The notes under the pieces are model-generated. The model was not told where the DNA came from. It did no database searches and saw only the letters and a program-made list of their open reading frames with translations. Below are positions 36,266 to 44,870 of a DNA stretch of 56,732 nt, in pieces. Each line of letters opens with the position of its first letter. The stretch's first letter is position 1. This stretch comes from a virus. Taxonomy: Duplodnaviria > Caudoviricetes. Where the stretch lies: the IMG/VR virus record IMGVR_UViG_3300037262_000027, positions 1-56,732 of that record. One strand, 5' to 3'. The translations under genes and the position numbers were made by a program.

Positions 36266-37260
36266 GCGTCGAAAGCCCACCTAGCTTTATGCAAGCGGCC
36301 ACGTACCCGGCCGAGCAGACACGGCGCACCGTCACCACACTTCTCCAGCGCGGGGCATCCATCGGCTCGATCGCCGGGGGCCTCGTCGGCTCGACCGACA
36401 TGCAGGTCACCGCAGGCACACTCCTCCAGGTGCTCGTCGGGACCGGAGAGGCGTGGGTCCCGGGCTCTAGCTCGGCGGTCCAGTCCGGCTACTACTGCCG
36501 GGTCACCAGTTCGACGGCCCTGAGCATCGCGGCCAGCTCAGAATCCAACCCGCGCATTGACACCGTGATCGCCAAGTGCGTCGATGAATCCTACGCGGGC
36601 TCGGGGACCACGTTTGCCGTTGCGGTCATCACCGGCACAGCAGAATCCGGCGCGACTCTCGCGAACAAAAAAGGCGCAGGTGCGGTCCCCGCCTCAAGCC
36701 TCGTGCTCGCCTACGTGCTCGTGCCGGCGAAAGCCACGTCGATCGAAGCGGCGAACATCGAAAATGTGGCGACACAGGCATACCCTGGCCTGCGGTCTGC
36801 TTCCTACCTCGAAGGTACGGCAGCCAAACGTCCCGCCGCGGGCATCAAAGGGCGCATCTACTTCGCCACTGACACGCGGATCTACACACTCGACAACGGC
36901 TCGGAATGGGTAGAACTCTCCGGCGGGGGTGCTTGGTCGGCGCTGACGCTAGTTGGGGGAGCTACGGCCGCCTATGGCTACGCGCCCTCGGCGAGCCTGG
37001 AACCGGGCGGCCGGGTAAGGCTCAAGGGCGAAGTCGTAGCGGAACCATCGGAAATTGCATCGCTCCCCTACGCCATCGTTTATCTGCCTAGCAGCAAATA
37101 CTACCCGACGCAAAATCTCCGGCTCTCGACACTAAACGCTGTAGAAAAACCGTACAGCCTTGAAGTCCTGACGACCGGGGGCATCGAGATCCTCACAGCC
37201 CTCAAAGCGGGCACGGCCAACCGCATCTCACTCAATGGTCTGAGCTTCACGACAAGCTAG
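36262..37260 (+). CDS. Minor tail protein
   Basis: NPRIDTVIA, VPASSLVLAYVLVPA, RPAAG..GRIYFATDT, C-terminal V.LKG..ISLNGLSF. Confidence 0.8.
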   Translation: MSVESPPSFMQAATYPAEQTRRTVTTLLQRGASIGSIAGGLVGSTDMQVTAGTLLQVLVGTGEAWVPGSSSAVQSGYYCRVTSSTALSIAASSESNPRIDTVIAKCVDESYAGSGTTFAVAVITGTAESGATLANKKGAGAVPASSLVLAYVLVPAKATSIEAANIENVATQAYPGLRSASYLEGTAAKRPAAGIKGRIYFATDTRIYTLDNGSEWVELSGGGAWSALTLVGGATAAYGYAPSASLEPGGRVRLKGEVVAEPSEIASLPYAIVYLPSSKYYPTQNLRLSTLNAVEKPYSLEVLTTGGIEILTALKAGTANRISLNGLSFTTS

Positions 37261-38600
37261 CCCACGTCCACCGTCGCGCTTGGCCCCGCTCGGCCGAAGT
37301 AGTTTTCGTCTTCGCTCACGTAGCGCACGCTGACGCTGTAGGTGCCTGCCGTTGAGAAGGTGAGTTCGCACTGAGCCTCCGCTTGGCCCGAGTAGTTGTG
37401 GACCGCTGAGCAGTCGGCGGAGCCGGGGTCTTCGGGATTGAGTCCGTAGATCGTGTTCACGGCGGTGAAGGAGCCGGGGCCTTCGACTGAGTAGGCCACG
37501 TTGCCGAGCGGGGCTTCATCGCCAGGGAAGTCGCCGGTGGTGCTCACGTCGAGGATGAGGCGTTCGCCCGCTTCGATGTGTGCGGGTTCGGGCGGGGCTC
37601 CGGTCCCGTGGTCCTTGGATGAGCCGCTCGAGCCGATCACCCAGCCCGACCATTTCACGCTCGCGCGGTAGGCGGTCACGGAAGGTGTCACGGGCACGCT
37701 CTGCGGTCCCCATTCCTCGGTCACGGTGCGTTCTCCGCCGGGAGCGAAGGCTTCGGTGTGGGAGCTGGTCGTGCCGCCGGGGTAGCTCACGGTGAGGCCC
37801 GAGGGTTCGCCCGAGACGGTCATCGAGCAGGAGGCCTGGCTCCCGGAGACGGCGGCGACGCAGGTGTCTCCGAGGTTGTCGGTGAGGCCCACCGAGGCGG
37901 CTCCCTCGAAGCTCGGCGCCGACAGCGTGACGCTCGCCGAGTCCTTCACGATCGTCATCGAGGCTTTCAGGCCCGAGCCCCAGACCTGCTGAATCGCAGG
38001 CGGGTTGGGCGGCTCGATCCGCTCTGATTCATCCCCCGACGTGCCCGAGGCTTCGCCCGACAGGTAGACCACGATGACGGTGTGCTCGCCGTAGCTTGAG
38101 TAGCCGACGGGACATTCGCCTTCGCCCGTTGACCCGCCCACGTCCATCGAGCAGGCGAGCAGGCCGTCGGAGTAGAGCTCAAGGACTCCGGAGGGCAGGT
38201 CGGGTTCGGCTTGGCTCACTCCGTCGGTGAGGCGTTGGGCACTCGCGGAGTAGTCGTAGGTCACGGCCAGCGGATGCGAGGGGTTCTGCGTGAAGCTCGG
38301 GTCCAAGCGGGCTCTGAGGGTGAAGGACGGGCTCGCGGGGCTGGCGACAGTTGCCGAAGGACCGGCCACAACTGGCGCAACATGCGGCACCACCTTCGGC
38401 GCGACGTAAACGCAAACCGTCCGCTTGACCTTGATGGTTCGGCCATGCTCCCGCCGCTTCACCTTCTCTACTCGCTTGACGTAGTGGGCGCGGCAGCGGT
38501 GATGCTTGGGGAGGACGTAGGACTTCGGCGGGTTGGCGGCGAGGGCCGAGCCGGTGAGCGTGAGCAGAACGGCAGCGGTGAGGGTGGCGAGTTTCCGCAT
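37257..38600 (-). CDS. Secreted Ig-like-domain protein (moron-like)
   Basis: Signal peptide MRKLATLTAAVLLTLTGSALA; basic Cys-flanked segment; Cys-paired Ig-like repeats (G.Y.V...Y.S.D.NY). Confidence 0.7.
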   Translation of the reverse strand: MRKLATLTAAVLLTLTGSALAANPPKSYVLPKHHRCRAHYVKRVEKVKRREHGRTIKVKRTVCVYVAPKVVPHVAPVVAGPSATVASPASPSFTLRARLDPSFTQNPSHPLAVTYDYSASAQRLTDGVSQAEPDLPSGVLELYSDGLLACSMDVGGSTGEGECPVGYSSYGEHTVIVVYLSGEASGTSGDESERIEPPNPPAIQQVWGSGLKASMTIVKDSASVTLSAPSFEGAASVGLTDNLGDTCVAAVSGSQASCSMTVSGEPSGLTVSYPGGTTSSHTEAFAPGGERTVTEEWGPQSVPVTPSVTAYRASVKWSGWVIGSSGSSKDHGTGAPPEPAHIEAGERLILDVSTTGDFPGDEAPLGNVAYSVEGPGSFTAVNTIYGLNPEDPGSADCSAVHNYSGQAEAQCELTFSTAGTYSVSVRYVSEDENYFGRAGPSATVDVG

Positions 38601-38692
38601 CCGACGCTCGGCGCGGGCCAGCGTCAAGGTCAGCGCCGGTAAGCGGAGCAGGCGCTCCAAGAGGCGGTCGAACAGGTCCACCGCGCGCTGCT

Positions 38693-39109
38693 TCATCGCC
38701 GACCCTCCCCGAGTGCCGCATCGAACTGGTCGTCCACGAGGTTGTCGTTGTCGTCCCGCACGCCGGGCTCGGAGTCAGGCTCTAGGTCCCGTTCCGCTGC
38801 CACTTCATCGCGGTAGCGCTTGACGAGTGGTGAGGCAATCAGCTCGTTGGGCTTGAGATACACGGTGTTCCCCTTTCTTGGGTGATGATCCGCTCGCTCG
38901 CGCTCGCGGTGGTGTTCCGGGCACAGCCACTCGACCTCGAGCGGCTTTGAGTAGTCCGGGTGGTGGGCTTCGACGTGTGAGGCCCCGCACACTTCGCAGG
39001 GCAGCTTCTTGATCTTCCCGTAGTAGACGTAGAGGTTGAGCTTGCGGCGGGCGGCCGCTCGGCGCTGAGCGTCGGGGCTGAGCTCGCAGAGTTTCCGGCG
39101 CTCGGGCAT
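38693..39109 (-). CDS. HNH-like protein
   Basis: PCEVCG..VEAHHPDYSKPLEVEWLCPEHH. Confidence 0.75.
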   Translation of the reverse strand: MPERRKLCELSPDAQRRAAARRKLNLYVYYGKIKKLPCEVCGASHVEAHHPDYSKPLEVEWLCPEHHRERERADHHPRKGNTVYLKPNELIASPLVKRYRDEVAAERDLEPDSEPGVRDDNDNLVDDQFDAALGEGRR

Positions 39110-39326
39110 CGGGCGGCGAGGGTAGCGCCGCAGCGCGCCGCGCGCGCGGCGCGCGCGCGGCGCGACTCCGCAACCTGCGGATGATCGCGCCCGTATGAAC
39201 CCTTGCTCGCGCTCCCACCGCTCTCCGACCTTCTACTTGCACTTCTCCACCCCTTCTCTGTGAAGGCTGTAGTAGTAGGGCCTGTGGATATGTGCGCAAC
39301 GCGCGAAGCCCCTGCAAGGCGGCCAT

Positions 39327-39530
39327 TTACTTGTCCACACGCCTGTGCTCGCGCCGCGCGTGCTCGACCCGCGCCAGCGTCATCCGCCGCTCCACGCTCA
39401 AAGGCGCACCAGCGCCTTCCGCCTCATCCGCGCAGGCCAAGGCATAGACCTCGGCGGCGAACTCCTCATCGCTCATTTCGCGAAGCCGCGCGATGTAAGC
39501 CTGGACCGGCGCTACGATGCTCGCTGTCAT
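39327..39530 (-). CDS. Small hypothetical protein
   Basis: GAGGA RBS; helical, 67-68 aa. Confidence 0.5.
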   Translation of the reverse strand: MTASIVAPVQAYIARLREMSDEEFAAEVYALACADEAEGAGAPLSVERRMTLARVEHARREHRRVDK

Positions 39531-39654
39531 CACGATCCTCTCGTGGTGGCCATGCGCCCGGCGATCTGATCGGAGTCGCGCGGGCGCTTTTCAACTTCTC
39601 GCTCTGACGCTACTCCGGGGTCGGCAACTTGTCAAACTCTTGCGGACGGATGGA

Positions 39655-40053
39655 CTACCGCTCGACCTGCATCACCCTCACCGCCAGACGCTCCAAGGCT
39701 TCCTCCAGGCGCTCATCGACCCGGCCCTCCCCGCGTTCCCTGAGGCGTTTCTCGAACGCCTCGACGTAGCGCTTGCACTCAGGCGAGAGCACCGAGCGGT
39801 CATACAGCGGGTCGCCGTAGCGGCGCCAGCGGCCGAGGTGCAGACTGCAGAACCCGTGGCCCACGTGTGGTCTCGGGCAGCCATCCACCGAGCATCCCTT
39901 GGTCCCGTATCGCCGCCGCCGGTCCGGCTCCGTGGGCGAGCCGTAGCGCTTGAGCTTCCACTCGTGCCGCGAGCAGAGGCCCCTCGCGTGGTTCGGCTCT
40001 GAGCAGCCGTCGACCGAGCACTCGGGTGTGCTGCCTGAAACGCCACGCGGCAT
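39655..40053 (-). CDS. Protein with two C-x4-C-x9-C-x2-H zinc modules and no nuclease domain
   Basis: CSVDGC..RGLCSRH..RYGSP and CSVDGC..HGFCSLH..RYGDP. Confidence 0.7.
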   Translation of the reverse strand: MPRGVSGSTPECSVDGCSEPNHARGLCSRHEWKLKRYGSPTEPDRRRRYGTKGCSVDGCPRPHVGHGFCSLHLGRWRRYGDPLYDRSVLSPECKRYVEAFEKRLRERGEGRVDERLEEALERLAVRVMQVER

Positions 40054-40116
40054 CGCTCTCGCTTCGCGCCAGAGCGCGCGCGCCCTGCGAGTGCACGGCT
40101 GGTAGCCTGACCCCTG

Positions 40117-40671
40117 ATGGCCGACGACCACGACAGGCGCCTTGGAGAGTTGGAGCGATGCCTGCGTGGTCTCAACCGGCGTGTAGACCAAATCGAAAGG
40201 ATCCTCATGTCAGAGCAGGAACAGGTCGACGCCCTGGAAGCGGCCGTCGCCAAAGTCGCCGATGATCTCGCGACCGCCACCACCACCTTGCAGGACGAGC
40301 TGAACACGCTCGCCGAGCAGAACCCCGGAGTCGACCTCACCGCCCTCACGGCAGCCATCGGCAACCTCGATCCCGCCGTGGAGGCCCTCGCGGCCCTCAA
40401 GCCCGCGTCAGAGCCCACCCCAGCGCCGGACAAGCCCGTCTACGTCCACAACCAGGCCGACGGCCCCACCGAAGGCTGGACGGCCTCGGGCTTCGAGGTG
40501 CCGGCGGTCCCGGCCACCACCGGCCCGGAGGGCGAAGCGATCGCCGAATCGCCCGCCGTCCCGCTGTGGTACTTCGACGCCGACGCCGTGGGCGGCGAGC
40601 CCACCGGAGCTGTCGAAGGCGTCTGGACGGTCTACACCGGCCCGACCGAGCCGGTTCCCGCCGCCGAGTAG
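40117..40671 (+). CDS. Coiled-coil/acidic hypothetical protein at start of lysis region (alternative start 40207)
   Basis: Heptad N-terminus, Pro/Glu-rich C-terminus. Confidence 0.65.
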   Translation: MADDHDRRLGELERCLRGLNRRVDQIERILMSEQEQVDALEAAVAKVADDLATATTTLQDELNTLAEQNPGVDLTALTAAIGNLDPAVEALAALKPASEPTPAPDKPVYVHNQADGPTEGWTASGFEVPAVPATTGPEGEAIAESPAVPLWYFDADAVGGEPTGAVEGVWTVYTGPTEPVPAAE

Positions 40672-40677
40672 GTATCG

Positions 40678-40850
40678 CGCCCGCCGAGTGCGGGCGAAGC
40701 TGGCGGTCGCCCTCGACCTTGGATGTGGGGTCGGGGGCGACTACGCCTCCCAATCGTGCTCGCTGGCCGTGAGCGTGATCCCTCTCGCGCCTCTCCTCCC
40801 CGGCCAGCGGGCACGTCCGAGGGGCGCAGCAATCTAACCCCACCCCTCAG
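40678..40850 (+). ncRNA. Structured non-coding leader upstream of endolysin
   Basis: Four consecutive stems, two of 15 bp (40706-40741 and 40755-40815). Confidence 0.4.
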
Positions 40851-40864
40851 ACAGGAGGCCCCGC

Positions 40865-41761
40865 GTGAGACTTCTGCCCCTGCTCATCTGCTTGGCCCTC
40901 GTCGGCTGCGGCAGTGAAGGACACCCGAAACCGCTCCCGCATCCCCCGGTCGCATCCGTCGGGTTCGTCGAGCCCGAATCGGCCTACACGCCGGAAGGCG
41001 CGCAGCCCGCTCCGCCGCCACGCTTCGCCCTGACAGCGCCCGGCGAGCGCTCGATCGACGCTGCCGGCGTCAACCTGATCGGCGGCTTCGAGGGCTTCTC
41101 ATCCTGTCCCTACCGTGACGTGGTGGGCGTGTGGACGATCGGCTATGGCGTGACCTCGGGCTCGGGGATCTTCGTCGGGCCTGGCACGCGCTGCGAGTCT
41201 CGAGCGACGGGCCTCGCCCAGCTCCGCCAGCTCATCGTCACCCGCTACGAGCCCGCAGTCCACGCGGTGAGCCGGACGTTCGGCCAGCACGCGCTCGACG
41301 CCCTGGACTCGTTCGACTTCAACCTCGGGGCCGGGATCTTCACCGGAGCTCTCAGGGCAGACCTCGCCGCCCACGCCTACTTCGCGGCAGGGAACATCAT
41401 GCTCGGCTACGACCACGCGGGCGGCCGGGTCATCGAAGGACTGCGGACACGCCGGGAGGCCGAGGTCCGGCTCCTGCGAGAGCCCGACGCCTCGCCGCCG
41501 CAGCCGACTCACGCTCAGCTTGAGGCTCAGCTACGCGCCGCCGAAGCCAAGCGCGCCGGGATTCGCTCAGCGATCAACCACTACCGCATCCTCATCGACC
41601 GCCACCGCTGCCGCCTGGACGCCAAGGGCCACATGAGGCCCCTACCGGATACGCACCACCAGTGGGGCGTCTGCGAGGGCTGGCTGGCGAAGGGGAACGC
41701 CGAGCACCGCGCCGGCGCGCAGGTCAACCAGACGATCGCGGCGCTCAAACGCGAGCTGTGA
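40865..41761 (+). CDS. Endolysin, GH24 lysozyme with lipoprotein signal
   Basis: E-x8-D-x5-T triad (FEGFSSCPYRDVVGVWTIGYG), GL..RR.AE; lipobox LVGC; AGGAGG RBS. Confidence 0.9.
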   Translation: MRLLPLLICLALVGCGSEGHPKPLPHPPVASVGFVEPESAYTPEGAQPAPPPRFALTAPGERSIDAAGVNLIGGFEGFSSCPYRDVVGVWTIGYGVTSGSGIFVGPGTRCESRATGLAQLRQLIVTRYEPAVHAVSRTFGQHALDALDSFDFNLGAGIFTGALRADLAAHAYFAAGNIMLGYDHAGGRVIEGLRTRREAEVRLLREPDASPPQPTHAQLEAQLRAAEAKRAGIRSAINHYRILIDRHRCRLDAKGHMRPLPDTHHQWGVCEGWLAKGNAEHRAGAQVNQTIAALKREL

Positions 41762-41767
41762 TGCCGG

Positions 41768-41983
41768 GTGCCCGGATACCGGCACTACCCGGCGCTCGAG
41801 GAGCTGTGCGAGTGCGCTGAGCGTTCGGGCCTGCAGGTGAGGCTGAGCGTGAGCTCCGGGGCGCGCCTAGAGCTCTGGGCGCACCTCTCGATGCGCATTG
41901 TGGAGCGCCCCGTCGCCACCGAGCCGATCTACGGCGATGACCTAGAAGCTGCCGCGCTGGAGCTGCTGCAACGCGCGGCCTGA
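41768..41983 (+). CDS. Hypothetical protein
   Basis: 71 aa in operon. Confidence 0.5.
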   Translation: MPGYRHYPALEELCECAERSGLQVRLSVSSGARLELWAHLSMRIVERPVATEPIYGDDLEAAALELLQRAA

Positions 41984-42002
41984 TGCACAGAAGGAGGGCA
42001 AG

Positions 42003-42353
42003 TTGCCCGAGACGGATCTACAGCGCGAGGACAAGGCGCTGACACTCGCCTACGAGACGGGGCGCCGAGAGGCGGTCGTCGATGCCCGCCTGGAGGGCCT
42101 CGAGCGCCACGCGCGAGCGCTCAACGGCCAGATCGAGCGCGGCGCGAGAGCGACAGAGCGCGTCGGCGAGAAGGTCGATGCCCTCGCCCAGCAGGTCAAA
42201 GAGGAGGGCGCGGTCAGCCGCGCCCTGGCGAAGCACGCCGCCGCGGCCATCTCGGCCGGCGTCTCACGCAAAGAAGCCCTCATCGGCATGGCGGTCGTCT
42301 TCGCGATGCTGCTCGGCACGCTGGTCACCGCAGTCGTCGCCGTTTGGCACTGA
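42003..42353 (+). CDS. Coiled-coil protein with C-terminal TM helix (lysis accessory)
   Basis: AAGGAGG RBS, TTG start; hydrophobic C-terminus. Confidence 0.7.
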   Translation: MPETDLQREDKALTLAYETGRREAVVDARLEGLERHARALNGQIERGARATERVGEKVDALAQQVKEEGAVSRALAKHAAAAISAGVSRKEALIGMAVVFAMLLGTLVTAVVAVWH

Positions 42354-42354
42354 G

Positions 42355-42669
42355 ATGCTCCACCTCGCGTTCCTCCTCGAACTCAACCACTGGGACCTGA
42401 ACCACCCGCTCACCGGGAACGGCTACCAGAGCTGGTCGGGCATCCTCTCGGACGTCAGCGAGGTCACGCTGCCCGTCGGCGTCGCGGCCTTCTACGTCCA
42501 ACACACCTGCAAAGCCTCGCGCTGGTGTCCGCGGTGGGCGCACCACAAGGTCGACGGCACGACGGCGAGCGTGTGCCACGTTCACCACACACCGAAGCAT
42601 CACCGCAAGCTCCAGCTCCGCCACAAGCGCAAGCACCCGGAGCGGCTGGCGCACGGCGAGTCGACGTGA
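42355..42669 (+). CDS. Membrane-associated Cys/His-rich protein
   Basis: GYQSWSG..SD..E, hydrophobic stretch, HTC-x5-C.R..C..HH. Confidence 0.65.
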   Translation: MLHLAFLLELNHWDLNHPLTGNGYQSWSGILSDVSEVTLPVGVAAFYVQHTCKASRWCPRWAHHKVDGTTASVCHVHHTPKHHRKLQLRHKRKHPERLAHGEST

Positions 42670-42971
42670 CCGCGCTCGAGCTGGCCGTCCTCGCGGCCGG
42701 CGCGATGATCATTCAGGACACCGTAGCCGTCGTGATGGTCCAGGCCGAGGCCAAGAATCTCGGCTGGACCGCGGGCTTCATGGATGCGATCGGCTGGCTC
42801 GTGGCGTTCGTCTCGCTGCGCATCTCGATCACCTCTCACGGTGTAGGAGAGATCGAGGCCGTGGTGTTCGTCTCGATCGCCAACGTCCTCGGGACGAAGC
42901 TCGGCCAGCTCACCGGCCAGCACTTCCTGCGCGAGAAGGTCCGCGTGAACCCCGCCGACCCGCGCCGATGA
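42666..42971 (+). CDS. Multi-TM membrane protein (holin candidate)
   Basis: Three hydrophobic segments in 101 aa, basic C-terminus. Confidence 0.6.
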   Translation: MTALELAVLAAGAMIIQDTVAVVMVQAEAKNLGWTAGFMDAIGWLVAFVSLRISITSHGVGEIEAVVFVSIANVLGTKLGQLTGQHFLREKVRVNPADPRR

Positions 42972-43132
42972 GGTTCGCCGCGAGCTGGACCGAAGTCATC
43001 GAGCTCGGGGTCGTCCTGCTCGGGCTGTTCGGGCTCCGGCTCCACATCTCCTGTGATCGACCCGGCTGCTATCGGCGGGAACTCTCGCCGTCTGGATTCT
43101 GTCGCAAACACCAATCCGAAAGGACCACATGA
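42968..43132 (+). CDS. 54-aa TM plus C-x4-C...CxxH protein
   Basis: MRFAASWTEVIELGVVLLGLFGLRLHISCDRPGCYRR..FCRKH; ATGA overlaps at both ends; absent from ORF track. Confidence 0.55.
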   Translation: MRFAASWTEVIELGVVLLGLFGLRLHISCDRPGCYRRELSPSGFCRKHQSERTT

Positions 43133-43404
43133 GCACGCTCCAAACCCGCATCGTCGCCCTCATCACCGCCGTCGTAGGCCTAGTGGTTGGCCTCGGAGTC
43201 CTCTCGGCCGGGGTCGGCCAAGACGTCATCGCCATCGGCGGAATCGCTGCTGCGCTGGTCATCGAAGTCGTGGGCGCCGCAGACCGGCACTCGCAGGCCG
43301 TCGTGAAGGCCGCAGTCGCTGCGCGTCCCGAACTGATCTCATCGAGCATCGGAGCCACCGTCGAAACCCGCACGGAGACGAAGCCGAAGGCAGCGGGCAA
43401 GTAG
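43129..43404 (+). CDS. Holin candidate (2 TM)
   Basis: Two hydrophobic helices, charged tail; AAAGGA RBS. Confidence 0.65.
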   Translation: MSTLQTRIVALITAVVGLVVGLGVLSAGVGQDVIAIGGIAAALVIEVVGAADRHSQAVVKAAVAARPELISSSIGATVETRTETKPKAAGK

Positions 43405-44160
43405 ATGGGGCCTCTCGGCTGCATCATCCCGAAGGACAAACCGCACGTCCTGGCGAGCCCGCTCGCGGCGACTCCGGGCGGGGCGCCGGTCGATGTGCCG
43501 GTCGTGGTCGGCTTCAACTGGTGGACGGCGTTCGACACCCCGAAGCAGACCGAGGACGGGAGCTGGCACCTGCCCGACGTGAGCCAAGGCGCGGACCTCG
43601 GCTCGATCCGGGGGGAGCATTGCTTCTGCTTTGAGCCGATGGGCGCCGTCAAGCTCGACCGGAGCGCAGCGCAGGTGTTCTACAACCAGGGCGAAGAAGG
43701 CGCGTGCGTCGGCTTCGGCAACAGCCGGGCGGTCACGATCGCCAAGGGCCTCGCGCAGAACCGCGGCGAACCGGAACTCTTCGACGCGTTCTGGCTCTAC
43801 GACCAAGCCCGCATCCTCGAAGGAACCTACCCGTCCGGCGAAGGCTCCTCGGTCCACTCCGGAGCGCAGGTGCTGCTCCAGAAAGGCCACCGGCTCCAGA
43901 CCGGCCAGACGGTCTGCACCCGGGACGCCGGGGACGCGGAACCCTCGCTGATCGACGGCGTCAAGGCGATCCGCTGGGCGACCACCCTGGACGAAGTGCT
44001 GGCCGCGCTCGCCCGCCCGGGCGCTCAGGCGATCCCGTTCGAGAACTCCTGGGGCCTCGCCTATCCCTCCGCCGAGACATCGGTCGTGTGGATGCCGAGC
44101 CCAACGTTCGCGCAGCTCCTCGGTGAAGGCGGCGAAGCTGGGGTGTACACCGAGGCGTAA
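43405..44160 (+). CDS. Papain-like (C1) cysteine peptidase with rearranged motif order
   Basis: NQGEEGACVGF, ENSWG, and GSIRGEHC placed N-terminal to the Cys. Confidence 0.75.
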   Translation: MGPLGCIIPKDKPHVLASPLAATPGGAPVDVPVVVGFNWWTAFDTPKQTEDGSWHLPDVSQGADLGSIRGEHCFCFEPMGAVKLDRSAAQVFYNQGEEGACVGFGNSRAVTIAKGLAQNRGEPELFDAFWLYDQARILEGTYPSGEGSSVHSGAQVLLQKGHRLQTGQTVCTRDAGDAEPSLIDGVKAIRWATTLDEVLAALARPGAQAIPFENSWGLAYPSAETSVVWMPSPTFAQLLGEGGEAGVYTEA

Positions 44161-44192
44161 GATCAGAAGCGAATCCTCCTCCTGCTGTAACA

Positions 44193-44229
44193 GGCCCTCC
44201 GGCGCATGACGCGCCGGGGGGCTTTTTTC
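44193..44229 (+). terminator. Rho-independent terminator ending the late/lysis operon
   Basis: GGCCCTCCGGCGC-ATGAC-GCGCCGGGGGGCT followed by T-tract. Confidence 0.85.
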
Positions 44230-44270
44230 GTTCTCCCCGCAAACTGCGGAGGATTTGACAACTAGGCACC

Positions 44271-44300
44271 TTGACACGCTTCCGATCGGCCCTCTAGGCT
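44271..44300 (+). promoter_or_regulatory. SigA-type promoter, probably leaderless into HTH gene
   Basis: TTGACA-18 bp-TAGGCT, ATG 7 nt downstream; second TTGACA at 44255. Confidence 0.65.
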
Positions 44301-44307
44301 GCCCGTC

Positions 44308-44517
44308 ATGCCCAAGCGCATCATGGAATCACCCCTCGATGAGGCCCTGGACGCAGCCAAGCGCGACGGGAACTGGCTCGCCAAGCGCCTCGGCGTCACC
44401 ATCTCGGAGGTGTCGAGGTGGCGTCGGGGTCGGGTCACTCCGCTGCCCTCTACGCAGGCGAGGATCGCCAAGGCTCTCGGCGTGAAGGTGGAGTCGCTGT
44501 GGCCGGAGGGGTGGTGA
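44308..44517 (+). CDS. Cro/XRE-family HTH regulator
   Basis: LAKRLGVTISEVSRWRRG...P......IAKALGV....LW. Confidence 0.9.
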   Translation: MPKRIMESPLDEALDAAKRDGNWLAKRLGVTISEVSRWRRGRVTPLPSTQARIAKALGVKVESLWPEGW

Positions 44518-44870
44518 GCGCCACAGACGTCGTCACTGGGCTCGATCTCATCGGGCGCAAACGGGACGGGCGCCCGAGGCCCATCGCGTGCTGCCCGCGC
44601 TGCTCTGAGCCGACGCCGCTCATCGGCACGATCGCGTTCTATAGGGCCGAGTTCTACTGCCTCGACTGCGGGGCGCGCGTCGGGTTCCTCTCGCCGCGCG
44701 TGGGGGAGCCGACGCCGGAGCTTCAAGCCAAGCTCGCCGCATACGAAGCGGAGTGGGAGGAGCACGCGGGCGCCAAGCTCTACCCCGAGGGCCATGAGCC
44801 GGATGACGAGGACAAGCTAGCCGCGCACCGCGCAGCGCTCGACTGGCTCGGAGCGAGGATCACCCGGTGA
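44514..44870 (+). CDS. Zinc-ribbon hypothetical protein
   Basis: CPRC...CLDC. Confidence 0.65.
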   Translation: MSATDVVTGLDLIGRKRDGRPRPIACCPRCSEPTPLIGTIAFYRAEFYCLDCGARVGFLSPRVGEPTPELQAKLAAYEAEWEEHAGAKLYPEGHEPDDEDKLAAHRAALDWLGARITR

